Below, one piece after another: positions 16,593 through 25,041 of a DNA stretch of 47,560 bases. Location of the stretch: IMG/VR virus record IMGVR_UViG_3300022177_000082, positions 1-47,560 of that record; one strand, 5' to 3'. The translations under genes and the position numbers were made by a program. This DNA is from a virus (Duplodnaviria > Caudoviricetes). The notes beneath the pieces were generated by a model, which made no database searches, was not told where the DNA came from, and worked only from the letters and a program-made list of their open reading frames with translations. The first letter of the stretch is position 1. Each line of letters begins with the position of its first letter.

Positions 16593-17348
16593 ATGGGACG
16601 ACAGATACTGAAATTTCAATACCCCAACATGACCGGTCCGGACGTCATTTATCTCCAGAAGTTCCTGATTGACGGCGGATACTTGCAAGAGGCCACGGGA
16701 AAGTATGATGCCGCCACCGTGGAGGCAGTCAGGAAGTTTCAGGAGAATAACGGCCTGGACATTGACGGAGTCATCGGTAACCGTGAAACCTGGCCGCTGA
16801 TCGAGGCCGGCTGGGAAGAGGAAACTGCGCCGGCGGCGGCTCCGCCCGCAACCGAATACGATTTCTCCACCAAGGAGGGAACTATCGCCGCTATTCGGGC
16901 CGAGTCAGTCAAACAGGGATTGACGCTGCTGACTCAACAGGCCTACGTGATTGCTACAGTCCGATGGGAGACGGCGGGAACCTTCAAGCCGGTGCGAGAG
17001 GCTTACTGGAAAAGCGAATCATGGCGAAAGGCCAATCTCCGATACTACCCTTATTATGGCCGGGGCTATGTTCAGGTCACTTGGAAAACAAACTACCAGA
17101 AGTATGCAGAAGTTTTGGGAATTGATCTGGTTAACAACCCTGATTTGGCCCTGGATTCCTACAACTCCTTGCTCATTCTCGTTCACGGCTTCCGCACCGG
17201 GGCTTTCACCGGAAAGAAAATCACCAATTACATCAATGAGAACAAAATCGATTACGTGAACGCCCGCCGGTGTATCAATGCGCTCGACAAAGCGCATGAG
17301 ATTGCGGCCATAGCAAGGGAGTATGAAAGAAGCATAGATGGTGCATAG
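16593..17348 (+). CDS. Endolysin-like: peptidoglycan-binding domain plus GH19-like glycosidase
   Basis: 'AVRKFQENNGLDIDGVIG..TW' PG-binding motif; 'AYVIATVRWET', 'YYGRGYVQVTWKTNY', 'NARRCIN'. Confidence 0.88.
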   Translation: MGRQILKFQYPNMTGPDVIYLQKFLIDGGYLQEATGKYDAATVEAVRKFQENNGLDIDGVIGNRETWPLIEAGWEEETAPAAAPPATEYDFSTKEGTIAAIRAESVKQGLTLLTQQAYVIATVRWETAGTFKPVREAYWKSESWRKANLRYYPYYGRGYVQVTWKTNYQKYAEVLGIDLVNNPDLALDSYNSLLILVHGFRTGAFTGKKITNYINENKIDYVNARRCINALDKAHEIAAIAREYERSIDGA

Positions 17349-17378
17349 GGCGAAGAATTTTTCCATGAGGCGACACCT

Positions 17379-17921
17379 ATGATTATCGGTTTGGGAGGCA
17401 AGGCGGGCAGCGGCAAGTCCACCGCGGCGGCCTATCTGGCTGGGAAAGGTTTTGAGGAATTAGCTTTTGCCGATCCCTTGAAGGAGGGGGCCGGAATCCT
17501 GTTCGGCTTCAATCCCGAACAGACCCACGGGGCCTTCAAGGACCGCCTGGACCACCGTATCGGTAGAACCCCCCGCGAGGTCCTGCAGTCCCTGGGGGAT
17601 TTTACCCGGGTGATTTGGCCGGAGGCCTTTATCTCGGCAGTGCGCCGGCAGCTGCATCGGGCCATGGGCTCGGTGGTGATCTCGGACGTGCGGTTTTTAA
17701 ACGAAGCCCGGGCCCTGGAATTATTGGGGGCGATCCTGATCCGGATCGAGCGCCAGGGGGCTGGAGCCGTAGGAGGCATCGAGTCACATGCCTCCGAGAT
17801 TGAACTTGACGCCTGGCCGGGATGGTCCGCCAGGATCGACAATAATGGCACAAAATCTGATTTATACCGTCAGATTGATGAGGTTCTTACATATTTTCCC
17901 AATACCGGCGACCAAGATTGA
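17379..17921 (+). CDS. Deoxynucleoside monophosphate kinase
   Basis: GKAGSGKST P-loop, FADPLK, TPREVLQ, ISDVRF.NE, HASE. Confidence 0.9.
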   Translation: MIIGLGGKAGSGKSTAAAYLAGKGFEELAFADPLKEGAGILFGFNPEQTHGAFKDRLDHRIGRTPREVLQSLGDFTRVIWPEAFISAVRRQLHRAMGSVVISDVRFLNEARALELLGAILIRIERQGAGAVGGIESHASEIELDAWPGWSARIDNNGTKSDLYRQIDEVLTYFPNTGDQD

Positions 17922-17924
17922 GAG

Positions 17925-20207
17925 TTGCCGCTTATGGGGCCAGACCGTAAACAGCAGATCCTGGAGCGCCTGCATTTTGGAGATTTCTACCGGGGGGAAC
18001 TGCCGGAGTTTAAGCCGGCCCGGGGCGATGAAATCATTGCCCTATGCCCCTTTCATGATGACCATAATCCCTCGCTGTCCGTCAATCTCAAGACGGGCAT
18101 GTTCAACTGCTTCGCCTGTGACGCCAAGGGCGACGTCTTCGCCTTTTTCATGCGCAAGCACGGAGTGGATTTCAAGGAGGCCCTGAACGAGTTAGGCCGC
18201 CGGGCCGGGGTGGAGACCAACAAACCGGACGGTCCGGGGTTTCAAAGCCTGACTCTGGGGGCCTTCAGCACGGCCAAGCAGTTGCCGGTGGAGTTTCTAA
18301 AAAAAAACGGCGTTCATGAGTACCGCTTCCCGGACGGCATCACCGCGGTGGATTTCGATTATTGGAACGAGCAGGGGCAGCTCCGGGCGGTGCGCCACCG
18401 CTTTGCCAACAAAGGCGATAAGAAATTCCGCTGGCGCAAGGGCGACAAGATTTTTCCCTACGGTCTTTGGCGGCTCCGGGAGATCCAGGAGGCCGGCTGG
18501 TGTCTATTGGTGGAGGGAGAGACCGATTCCCTCACCTGCTGGCTGCATGGCCTGCCGGCCTTGGGGCTGCCGGGGAAAAAGACCTGGTCCCGCTGCTGGG
18601 AGACGCTGAAGGGCATCCCGGCGCTGCAGGATCTCCGGTTCTATGTCTGGCAGGAGCCGGATGCTCAGGACCTGCCCCAGGAGGTGGCCCGGGATCTGCC
18701 CCGGGTGCTGGTGCTGCCGGCTCCTCCGGAATACAAGGATCTGTCCGAGGCGCACTGTCAGGGTAGGGATGTTAGGGCAATAGTGCATGATCTTATGGAG
18801 ATTGCGCAACCGCCCCCGGAGCCCCCGGCCATTTCCGGGGGCTTCTCCCTGGACGATCTGGGAAATGCCCGGCGCCTGGTGGCGGAGCACGGCCAGGATC
18901 TGCGTTACTGCCACCTGAGCAAGAAGTGGTATCACTGGAACGGAAACTTCTGGGAAATGGACTATTCCGGGGAAGTGGAACGTAGGGCCAAAAAGACCAT
19001 CGCCAGCATCTACAAGGAGGCCTCTGAGGCTTCGGATGATAAGGCTGCAGCCCGCATCGCCAAGTTTGCCATGCAATCCTCAGCGGTCAACCGCATCCTG
19101 GCCATGGTGCGCCTGGCCCAAAGCGAACCGGGAATACAGGTGAAGCCGGCCGAGATGAACGCCAACCCCTGGCTGCTCAACGTCAAGAACGGCACCATCG
19201 ACTTGAGGACCGGAGAGCTGCGGCCGCCCCATCGGGAGAATCTGATTACCGGTATAGCCCCGGTGGATTATGATCCGGATGCCCCCTGTGATCTCTGGGA
19301 GAAGTTCATCTATCAGATTATGGACTTCAATCAAAGGCCTGATACCGCCGTCCGGATGACGACCTTTCTCCAGCTGGCCCTGGGTTATAGCCTGACCGGG
19401 GACTGCCGGGAGGAGTGCCTGTTCATTCTCTGGGGCGGCGGGGCCAATGGCAAAAGCACCCTGGTCAATACCATCAGCGAGCTGCTGGGGGACTATTCCC
19501 GCAATACTCCGGTGGAATCCCTCCTATCGCGGCCCAAGGGCGGGGAGATCCCGACGGACATCGCCCGCCTGGATGGCCCCCGGTTCGTAACCACCTCCGA
19601 GGTGGACCGGGGCCGGCGCCTGGCCGAGAGTCTGGTCAAGGCCCTCACCGGCCGGGACACCATCACGGCCCGGTATCTCTACGGGGAGTTCTTTGATTTC
19701 ACGCCGCAGTTCAAGCTTTGGCTCTCCACCAACAACAAGCCCATCATCAAGGGCGCCGATGACGCCATCTGGCGCCGCATTATGTTCATCCGTTTCCCGG
19801 TGCATATCCCCAAGGAGCAGCGCGACGGCGATCTCAAACACAAGTTGTTATCCGAAGGGCCGGGCATCCTGGCCTGGATGGTGCGGGGCTGCCTTGACTG
19901 GCAGCAGTGTGGTTTTGATGTGCCACCTGAGGTCATCGCCGATATCGCCGAGTACCGAAGCGAAATGGATGTGCTGGCCGACTTCATCGAGGATCGTTGC
20001 CTGGTCAGTCCGGCCTTTACCGCCACGGCCACTGATCTCTATGAAGCCTATACTGATTGGGCTGAAAAGGCGGGACTGAAGGAAAAGGAGATGCTGAAGC
20101 AACGGACGTTCGGCTCCTGTCTGTCCGAGCGGGGGTTCATCCGGGACAAGGGTGCCAAGGGGCAACGCCTCTGGCGGGGCGTGGCATTGCGTGCGTCTGA
20201 AGGTTGA
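17925..20207 (+). CDS. Primase-helicase (CHC2 zinc finger, TOPRIM, P4/D5-type SF3 helicase)
   Basis: CPFHDDHNPS..CFAC; LVEGETD; GGGANGKST; KALTGRD; DDAIWRR. Confidence 0.93.
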   Translation: MPLMGPDRKQQILERLHFGDFYRGELPEFKPARGDEIIALCPFHDDHNPSLSVNLKTGMFNCFACDAKGDVFAFFMRKHGVDFKEALNELGRRAGVETNKPDGPGFQSLTLGAFSTAKQLPVEFLKKNGVHEYRFPDGITAVDFDYWNEQGQLRAVRHRFANKGDKKFRWRKGDKIFPYGLWRLREIQEAGWCLLVEGETDSLTCWLHGLPALGLPGKKTWSRCWETLKGIPALQDLRFYVWQEPDAQDLPQEVARDLPRVLVLPAPPEYKDLSEAHCQGRDVRAIVHDLMEIAQPPPEPPAISGGFSLDDLGNARRLVAEHGQDLRYCHLSKKWYHWNGNFWEMDYSGEVERRAKKTIASIYKEASEASDDKAAARIAKFAMQSSAVNRILAMVRLAQSEPGIQVKPAEMNANPWLLNVKNGTIDLRTGELRPPHRENLITGIAPVDYDPDAPCDLWEKFIYQIMDFNQRPDTAVRMTTFLQLALGYSLTGDCREECLFILWGGGANGKSTLVNTISELLGDYSRNTPVESLLSRPKGGEIPTDIARLDGPRFVTTSEVDRGRRLAESLVKALTGRDTITARYLYGEFFDFTPQFKLWLSTNNKPIIKGADDAIWRRIMFIRFPVHIPKEQRDGDLKHKLLSEGPGILAWMVRGCLDWQQCGFDVPPEVIADIAEYRSEMDVLADFIEDRCLVSPAFTATATDLYEAYTDWAEKAGLKEKEMLKQRTFGSCLSERGFIRDKGAKGQRLWRGVALRASEG

Positions 20208-20438
20208 TGCGCCACCCTGGGCACCCGTTGCGCCACCCATTAAGTTGTTGATTTGTTTTTAATAACAAGGTGGGTGGCGCAAGGTGGCGCAAAGTTCCAG
20301 GACCTTTCTCACGAAGGCTTATATGGATTTACTTTATAGAAATAAGAGCCACCTTGCGCCACCTAATATAATAATGAAAGAATATCAAAGACATAATGGG
20401 TGGCACATGAGGTGGCGCAGGTGGCGCATTGTGCCACC
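20208..20438. repeat. Iteron array, putative replication origin
   Basis: Ten TGCGCCACC/GGTGGCGCA-type repeats in both orientations around AT-rich spacers; IHF consensus at 20241-20253. Confidence 0.8.
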
Positions 20439-20445
20439 CGAGCAC

Positions 20446-20495
20446 GGGTCCTTCCCGGCCCCTCAGGATACGAGGGTGCGGAGCCGCCGCCTTTC
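20446..20495 (+). other. Putative cos site (cosQ plus cosN)
   Basis: GGGTCCT equals lambda cosQ, followed by CAGGATACG (lambda CAGGTTACG) and a GC-rich block just upstream of terS. Confidence 0.65.
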
Positions 20496-20560
20496 GTTAC
20501 TTATGAAATTCAAATAGTTATGTCCGTCTATGACATTTGGTCGATTTGGACGTCATTTTT

Positions 20561-21106
20561 ATGACTGACAGCATTGTAGTCGGCATAGAGGCAGTGGCGC
20601 AGCATTTTGGCCGGTCTGAGCGCCAGGTGCGGCGCTGGCTGCGGGATGGGGCCCCGCGCTTGAGCCAGAACCGCTTCGATGTGCTCCAGATCCGAGAGTG
20701 GCTGGACCGGCGCCAGGGAAGCAGGCGATCCCGGGAGCCGTACCAGGATCCGAAGCAGCTGTTTCTGGGGGAGGGCCCGGCCGGCAAGGAGGTGCAGGAG
20801 GAGCGCCTCAAGAAGGCCAAGGCCGACCTGGCCGAGATGGAAGTCAAACAACGCCGGGGGGAGCTGGTGGCCCGCCGGGAGATCGAGCAGATGTTCGTCG
20901 CCCGGATCATGGCGGTCAGACAGGGTCTGCTGACCCTGTCCCGGGGGCTGCCGCCGCAGCTCATCCACTGCCAGGATGAACGGGAGATGGAGATCATCAT
21001 CACCGCCGCCACCCGGGAGCTCCTCCTCAACTTTAGTCGACCACTGCCGGAGGCCCTGGGCGGGGTGGCGGCCCCTTCGGAAGTCCCGGGGGGCGCGAGC
21101 AGCTGA
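20561..21106 (+). CDS. terS: Terminase small subunit (Nu1-like)
   Basis: N-terminal wHTH 'AVAQHFGRSERQVRRW..G.P'; 'ERLKKAKADLAE...RGELV'. Confidence 0.85.
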   Translation: MTDSIVVGIEAVAQHFGRSERQVRRWLRDGAPRLSQNRFDVLQIREWLDRRQGSRRSREPYQDPKQLFLGEGPAGKEVQEERLKKAKADLAEMEVKQRRGELVARREIEQMFVARIMAVRQGLLTLSRGLPPQLIHCQDEREMEIIITAATRELLLNFSRPLPEALGGVAAPSEVPGGASS

Positions 21107-21179
21107 AGATTTGAGGCTGGGCCAAAAATGGCCCAGGGTGGCAGATGGCAACTTTAGATGATTTTCCCAAAAAAGAGGC

Positions 21180-23078
21180 TTGCAGTCAGTGGCTGAAGGC
21201 GCCATAAACAGCTGGTCGCCGCCTGAGTTGGCGGCCTGGGCTCCGCCCGAAGATATCACGGTATCGCAGTGGGCGGCCATGCACCGGTTTCTGCCGAAGT
21301 CCAGCGCCATCCCCGGAAAATGGAGTAATCGCCTGGGGCCGTATGCCGTCGGGGTCATGGATGTCTTTAATGATCCCTGGGTGGAACGGATTACCATTAT
21401 GGCCTCGGTTCAGTCCATGAAGACCGAATCGGTCTATAACATGCTGGGGTATGCCATTTGTCAGGACCCGGCCCCGGCTTTGGTCGTGATGCCGACCCTG
21501 AACACCATGAAGCGGGTCAACCGCCGGATTCGGAAGATGTTTTTCTCCTGCCCGGAATTGGGGAAACACGTGACGGGTAACCCGGATGATATGCAGCTGC
21601 ACCAGATCACCCTGGACCGCATGGAGATCTATTTCGCCACCGCTGGCAGTGAGGCTGACCTGCAGAACGTCGAGGCCCGCTACATCATTCTGGATGAAAC
21701 TGATGAATACCCGGTGGGCAATGATGGCGGCGATCCGGTGGAGATGAGCATCGACCGCAGCACGACCTATTGGAACCGCAAGATCATCATGATCAGTCGG
21801 CCCACCATCTCCGATGGCTACATCAACAAAAGCTATGGGAAATCCGACCGGCGCAAGTTCTGGGTGCCGTGCCCCTTCTGTGGCGGCCGCCAGGTGCTCT
21901 CCTTCTGGCAGGTGAAGCACCGGGGCGAAAAGTTGGGGGAGTGGCCGCGGCTTTTGAGGGATCCGGAATATATCCGTCTCAATCGGGTGGCTCGGTATGA
22001 GTGCCGTCATTGCCAGGCGGAGATCGACGATAAGCACAAGCCCGGGATGCTGGCCGCGGGCGTCTGGTTACCGGAGGGGCATGAGGTGGATGAGCCTGTG
22101 TCATCCTCATCCCATGTCGGCTTCTGGTGGAACGTACTCTATTCGCCCTTCCGGACATTCTCGGAGGTGGCGGCGCAGTTTTTCCTGGTGAAGGACGATC
22201 CACAGAAATACCGGATCTTCGTCAATCAGTGGCTGGCGGAGCCCTGGAAAGAGGTGGTGCAGCGCCAGGAGGCCTCCGCGGTGCTGGCCCTGCGGACTGA
22301 GCGGCCGCCGGTGGTGGTGCCGGACGGGGCCCTGGGCCTCACCGCCGGCATTGATACCCAGAAGCGGGGCTTTTGGGTATCCATTTGGGCCTGGGTGCTG
22401 GCCGGCAGCGGGGTGCTGGATCAGCACTTGATCCGCTATGGCTGGGTGCATGATGAAACGGAACTGGAGATCTGGCTGTTCCAGGATGTTTACTGGAACG
22501 ACGCGGCCACGGTGTCGTATCCGGTGTGGCGAAGCGGCATTGACATCGGCGGCGGCGAGGGTGAGGCCGGGGCGGCGTCCATGACCGAGCAGGTCTATGA
22601 ATGGCTGCGCCGGGCCGGCAAGGGCCGGGTCTTCGGAGTCAAAGGGGCGGCCCGGGCCCTGGCCGGCGGCAAGAAAATGGCCATGAGCATCATAGACCGC
22701 ATGCCAGGTAAAGGCGTGCCGATCCCGGGTGGCATTCGGCTGTGGACCCTGGACACCGGCCTGCTCAAAGATGCCTTCTGGAGCCGGGTGGCCCTGGGCC
22801 GGGTGTATCTCCATGCCGACACCGGGGAGGATTTCGCCCGGCAGGTGACGGCCGAAGTCAAGGAGCGGGACCGGCGGGGCCGGGAGATCTGGGTGCAACA
22901 GGGCCGGACGCCCAATCACTTATTGGACACCGCCATTTATGCCCTGGCCATGGCCGACCCGGAGTGTTGGGGCGGTGTGATGGTGCTCCCACGGCCGGAG
23001 CCGCCGGCGGTAGAGCAGGAGGGAGGCGCAATCAATCCGATAACCGGTCGGCCTCAGGGGGCCTGGTGGAGGAGATAG
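21180..23078 (+). CDS. terL: Terminase large subunit (lambda GpA family)
   Basis: SVQSMKTE, ILDETD, VPCPFCG, AGIDTQ, NHLLDTAIYA. Confidence 0.95.
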   Translation: MQSVAEGAINSWSPPELAAWAPPEDITVSQWAAMHRFLPKSSAIPGKWSNRLGPYAVGVMDVFNDPWVERITIMASVQSMKTESVYNMLGYAICQDPAPALVVMPTLNTMKRVNRRIRKMFFSCPELGKHVTGNPDDMQLHQITLDRMEIYFATAGSEADLQNVEARYIILDETDEYPVGNDGGDPVEMSIDRSTTYWNRKIIMISRPTISDGYINKSYGKSDRRKFWVPCPFCGGRQVLSFWQVKHRGEKLGEWPRLLRDPEYIRLNRVARYECRHCQAEIDDKHKPGMLAAGVWLPEGHEVDEPVSSSSHVGFWWNVLYSPFRTFSEVAAQFFLVKDDPQKYRIFVNQWLAEPWKEVVQRQEASAVLALRTERPPVVVPDGALGLTAGIDTQKRGFWVSIWAWVLAGSGVLDQHLIRYGWVHDETELEIWLFQDVYWNDAATVSYPVWRSGIDIGGGEGEAGAASMTEQVYEWLRRAGKGRVFGVKGAARALAGGKKMAMSIIDRMPGKGVPIPGGIRLWTLDTGLLKDAFWSRVALGRVYLHADTGEDFARQVTAEVKERDRRGREIWVQQGRTPNHLLDTAIYALAMADPECWGGVMVLPRPEPPAVEQEGGAINPITGRPQGAWWRR

Positions 23079-23082
23079 CGCG

Positions 23083-23331
23083 ATGAGCGACTGGATCAAT
23101 CGCAGGGGGAACGCCGGTATGGGCAATAATGTTCTATCGGGCAGGAAACAGATCAGCACTTATGTGCGCCGCTCCTGGAATACGGTGATGGTCTGGGTCC
23201 GGGAAAGAGACTTTCCGGCGGCTAAAATTGATGGGGTGTGGGAGTCCCATCCGGACCTCATTGATCAATGGCGGCAAGAGCAGATCAATCAAAACCGCAG
23301 TTTAAGGAATGAATTGGGAGATAGACGATGA
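23083..23331 (+). CDS. Small HTH DNA-binding protein
   Basis: 'LSGRKQISTYVRRSWNTV..W...FPA.KIDGVWES' Xis/AlpA-like. Confidence 0.7.
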   Translation: MSDWINRRGNAGMGNNVLSGRKQISTYVRRSWNTVMVWVRERDFPAAKIDGVWESHPDLIDQWRQEQINQNRSLRNELGDRR

Positions 23332-24200
23332 AAAAACTACTTATCGTAATAATATTATTAGGTGTTGTAATTCAATTCGCTTTTTGGGCACAAGGCAAAT
23401 CTATTATTAGACCAGCACAATTCAAAGCAGAAGCCATGTTTACATGCCTGCTTGAAAATGGTGATGTACTTAATGTAGCCGAAACAATAGACCTTGAAGG
23501 AGGGGGCGATTTTGACAAGCCCTTCCCACTCAGTATTGTCAAGATGGAAGCAGAATTTATCTTCGTAAATTTCTTCATTGGTCCCGATAAAAGTAACGAG
23601 AGGATAATGGGGTTGAGACAGGTTTTCTTGGGTGGGGCAAGAAATAGATTTCATGCCGTTAAAGGATATTTCTTCAATGAGGGCCGGGGTTTTTCCAAAA
23701 TTTTTCACATAGAGCCAGGCCTCAAATTCATCAACGCCACTTTCGATTTTAGGCATGTCGGACACAATTGGGATGACATTGGCAAAGATATGCGCTCTTT
23801 CTATGGTGGGGAGGGCCTCGGCACTTTTCTGGGCGGCCTCGGCGGATTTTTGGGAGATGGCGATGGAGTCTTGCATGATTTCAAATTGCTGTTGAGCAAC
23901 TTGGGACAGTTTACGAGTGGACCGCCACAGGGCAAAGGTGAAAATGGCAATAACGACTGTGGCGAGGGCCACGATGATATTAGTATATCCAGTATTCAAG
24001 AGAATCTCAATAAGTTGGCGTTAGGTGTTTTATTGGTACTTATTGCAATGGTTATCGGTTGGTTGGCTCTATGGAAAATGATGAGAGTGGAAATAGAAAA
24101 ACTGAAACTTGATTTAATGCGCAACGCGTTGAAAAAACAGTTGGAAGATATGGAAAGTAAAGATCATATTCGTTATGGTTTCAGCAGTCAAGAGCCATAG
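23328..24200 (+). CDS. Possible membrane protein antisense to 23358-23999
   Basis: Signal-like N-terminus, C-terminal TM helix, GGGAG RBS, ATGA coupling; may be a shadow ORF. Confidence 0.4.
   Translation: MKKLLIVIILLGVVIQFAFWAQGKSIIRPAQFKAEAMFTCLLENGDVLNVAETIDLEGGGDFDKPFPLSIVKMEAEFIFVNFFIGPDKSNERIMGLRQVFLGGARNRFHAVKGYFFNEGRGFSKIFHIEPGLKFINATFDFRHVGHNWDDIGKDMRSFYGGEGLGTFLGGLGGFLGDGDGVLHDFKLLLSNLGQFTSGPPQGKGENGNNDCGEGHDDISISSIQENLNKLALGVLLVLIAMVIGWLALWKMMRVEIEKLKLDLMRNALKKQLEDMESKDHIRYGFSSQEP
23358..23999 (-). CDS. Membrane-anchored moron protein
   Basis: N-terminal TM, 'SAEAAQKSAEA..ERAHIF' coiled-coil linker and a globular C-domain typical of prophage morons. Confidence 0.7.
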   Translation of the reverse strand: MNTGYTNIIVALATVVIAIFTFALWRSTRKLSQVAQQQFEIMQDSIAISQKSAEAAQKSAEALPTIERAHIFANVIPIVSDMPKIESGVDEFEAWLYVKNFGKTPALIEEISFNGMKSISCPTQENLSQPHYPLVTFIGTNEEIYEDKFCFHLDNTEWEGLVKIAPSFKVYCFGYIKYITIFKQACKHGFCFELCWSNNRFALCPKSELNYNT

Positions 24201-24203
24201 AAA

Positions 24204-24458
24204 TTATCTAAATAACTTATTTCTTAATTGATATTCTTGATATTTCATCCCTTCCGAAACGCTATTGGCATGGGTGTCAATCATATGAGTGAAGTAAAAG
24301 GCGATGAAAATGCTGGCAAGCACGGCAACAATGCCCAAAACCCGGCAGGGTATGCGGAAGTTACCATTATTGGCCATGGCGATTTGAAAAATTTCAACGC
24401 CTTTGAACACGAGATAGACGCAGAGTAAGTATGTAATAATTTGAAGCATTCCGATCAT
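24204..24458 (-). CDS. Small two-TM membrane protein (copy 2)
   Basis: Paralog of 6063-6317 with few substitutions. Confidence 0.8.
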   Translation of the reverse strand: MIGMLQIITYLLCVYLVFKGVEIFQIAMANNGNFRIPCRVLGIVAVLASIFIAFYFTHMIDTHANSVSEGMKYQEYQLRNKLFR

Positions 24459-24498
24459 GATTATTAAGTCCTTAATAAATTTAATAAGTTATGTTTAT

Positions 24499-24747
24499 TT
24501 ACCTGAAAAGATGGGGGCAGAGGTAGGGATGGCCGGCCTTGATGCAGGTGAAAGGTCCGGCTCCTATCAGCCGACTGCCATCCGGAGCCAGGTAATATTT
24601 TTCTCCGGTCATCGGATCGACATACGGGTGCCCGGGGCCCTTGCTGCGGTCATACCAGGCATGAGAATAGACGTTGCCTCCGGCGCAACCTGCCAGGCTG
24701 AAAATTATAGTAATGGTAATCATGAGAGACATAGCTTTAAATAACAT
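24499..24747 (-). CDS. Small lipoprotein
   Basis: Lipobox LAGC after a hydrophobic signal. Confidence 0.7.
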   Translation of the reverse strand: MLFKAMSLMITITIIFSLAGCAGGNVYSHAWYDRSKGPGHPYVDPMTGEKYYLAPDGSRLIGAGPFTCIKAGHPYLCPHLFR

Positions 24748-24813
24748 ATAGTTATCTTTTCAATTCAATATATTAATCGGCATATTCGGTGGCATCATTA
24801 ATTTTGTGCCCCA

Positions 24814-24841
24814 TTGACTTTTTCAGCCAGCCGAGTAAAAT
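24814..24841 (+). promoter_or_regulatory. Sigma70 promoter for the C4-like RNA/bro operon (copy 2)
   Basis: TTGACT-16 nt-TAAAAT. Confidence 0.7.
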
Positions 24842-24914
24842 ATAATCGTCAAGACTCCCAAGACGGCTGACCCCCGGCTTAAGCGGTCATTTTTCTTTTT
24901 TTAACCAGAGATAT

Positions 24915-24985
24915 AGCCTGCCAGTGTCCCGGTTACCGCGAGGGCCGGGGGGTCTCCTTGGGAGCCTTGACAGCACTGGCAGGTT
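24915..24985 (+). ncRNA. C4-like antisense RNA (copy 2)
   Basis: Same scaffold as copy 1; exposes CTTGGGAG and CTTGAC, complementary to 24848-24862 and 25007-25035. Confidence 0.8.
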
Positions 24986-25041
24986 TGTTTTTTTTTAGGA
25001 CGGGAACTGTCAATTCCCGAAAAAATCCCAAGGAGGTAGTC

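Noticed and set aside
20208-20438. Possible CRISPR array
   Set aside because: Repeats are 9 bp, in both orientations and irregularly spaced; no cas genes.
24958-25041. N-terminal extension of bro copy 2 given in the ORF track
   Set aside because: Runs through the RNA element; the strong RBS and the paralog indicate the start at 25042.
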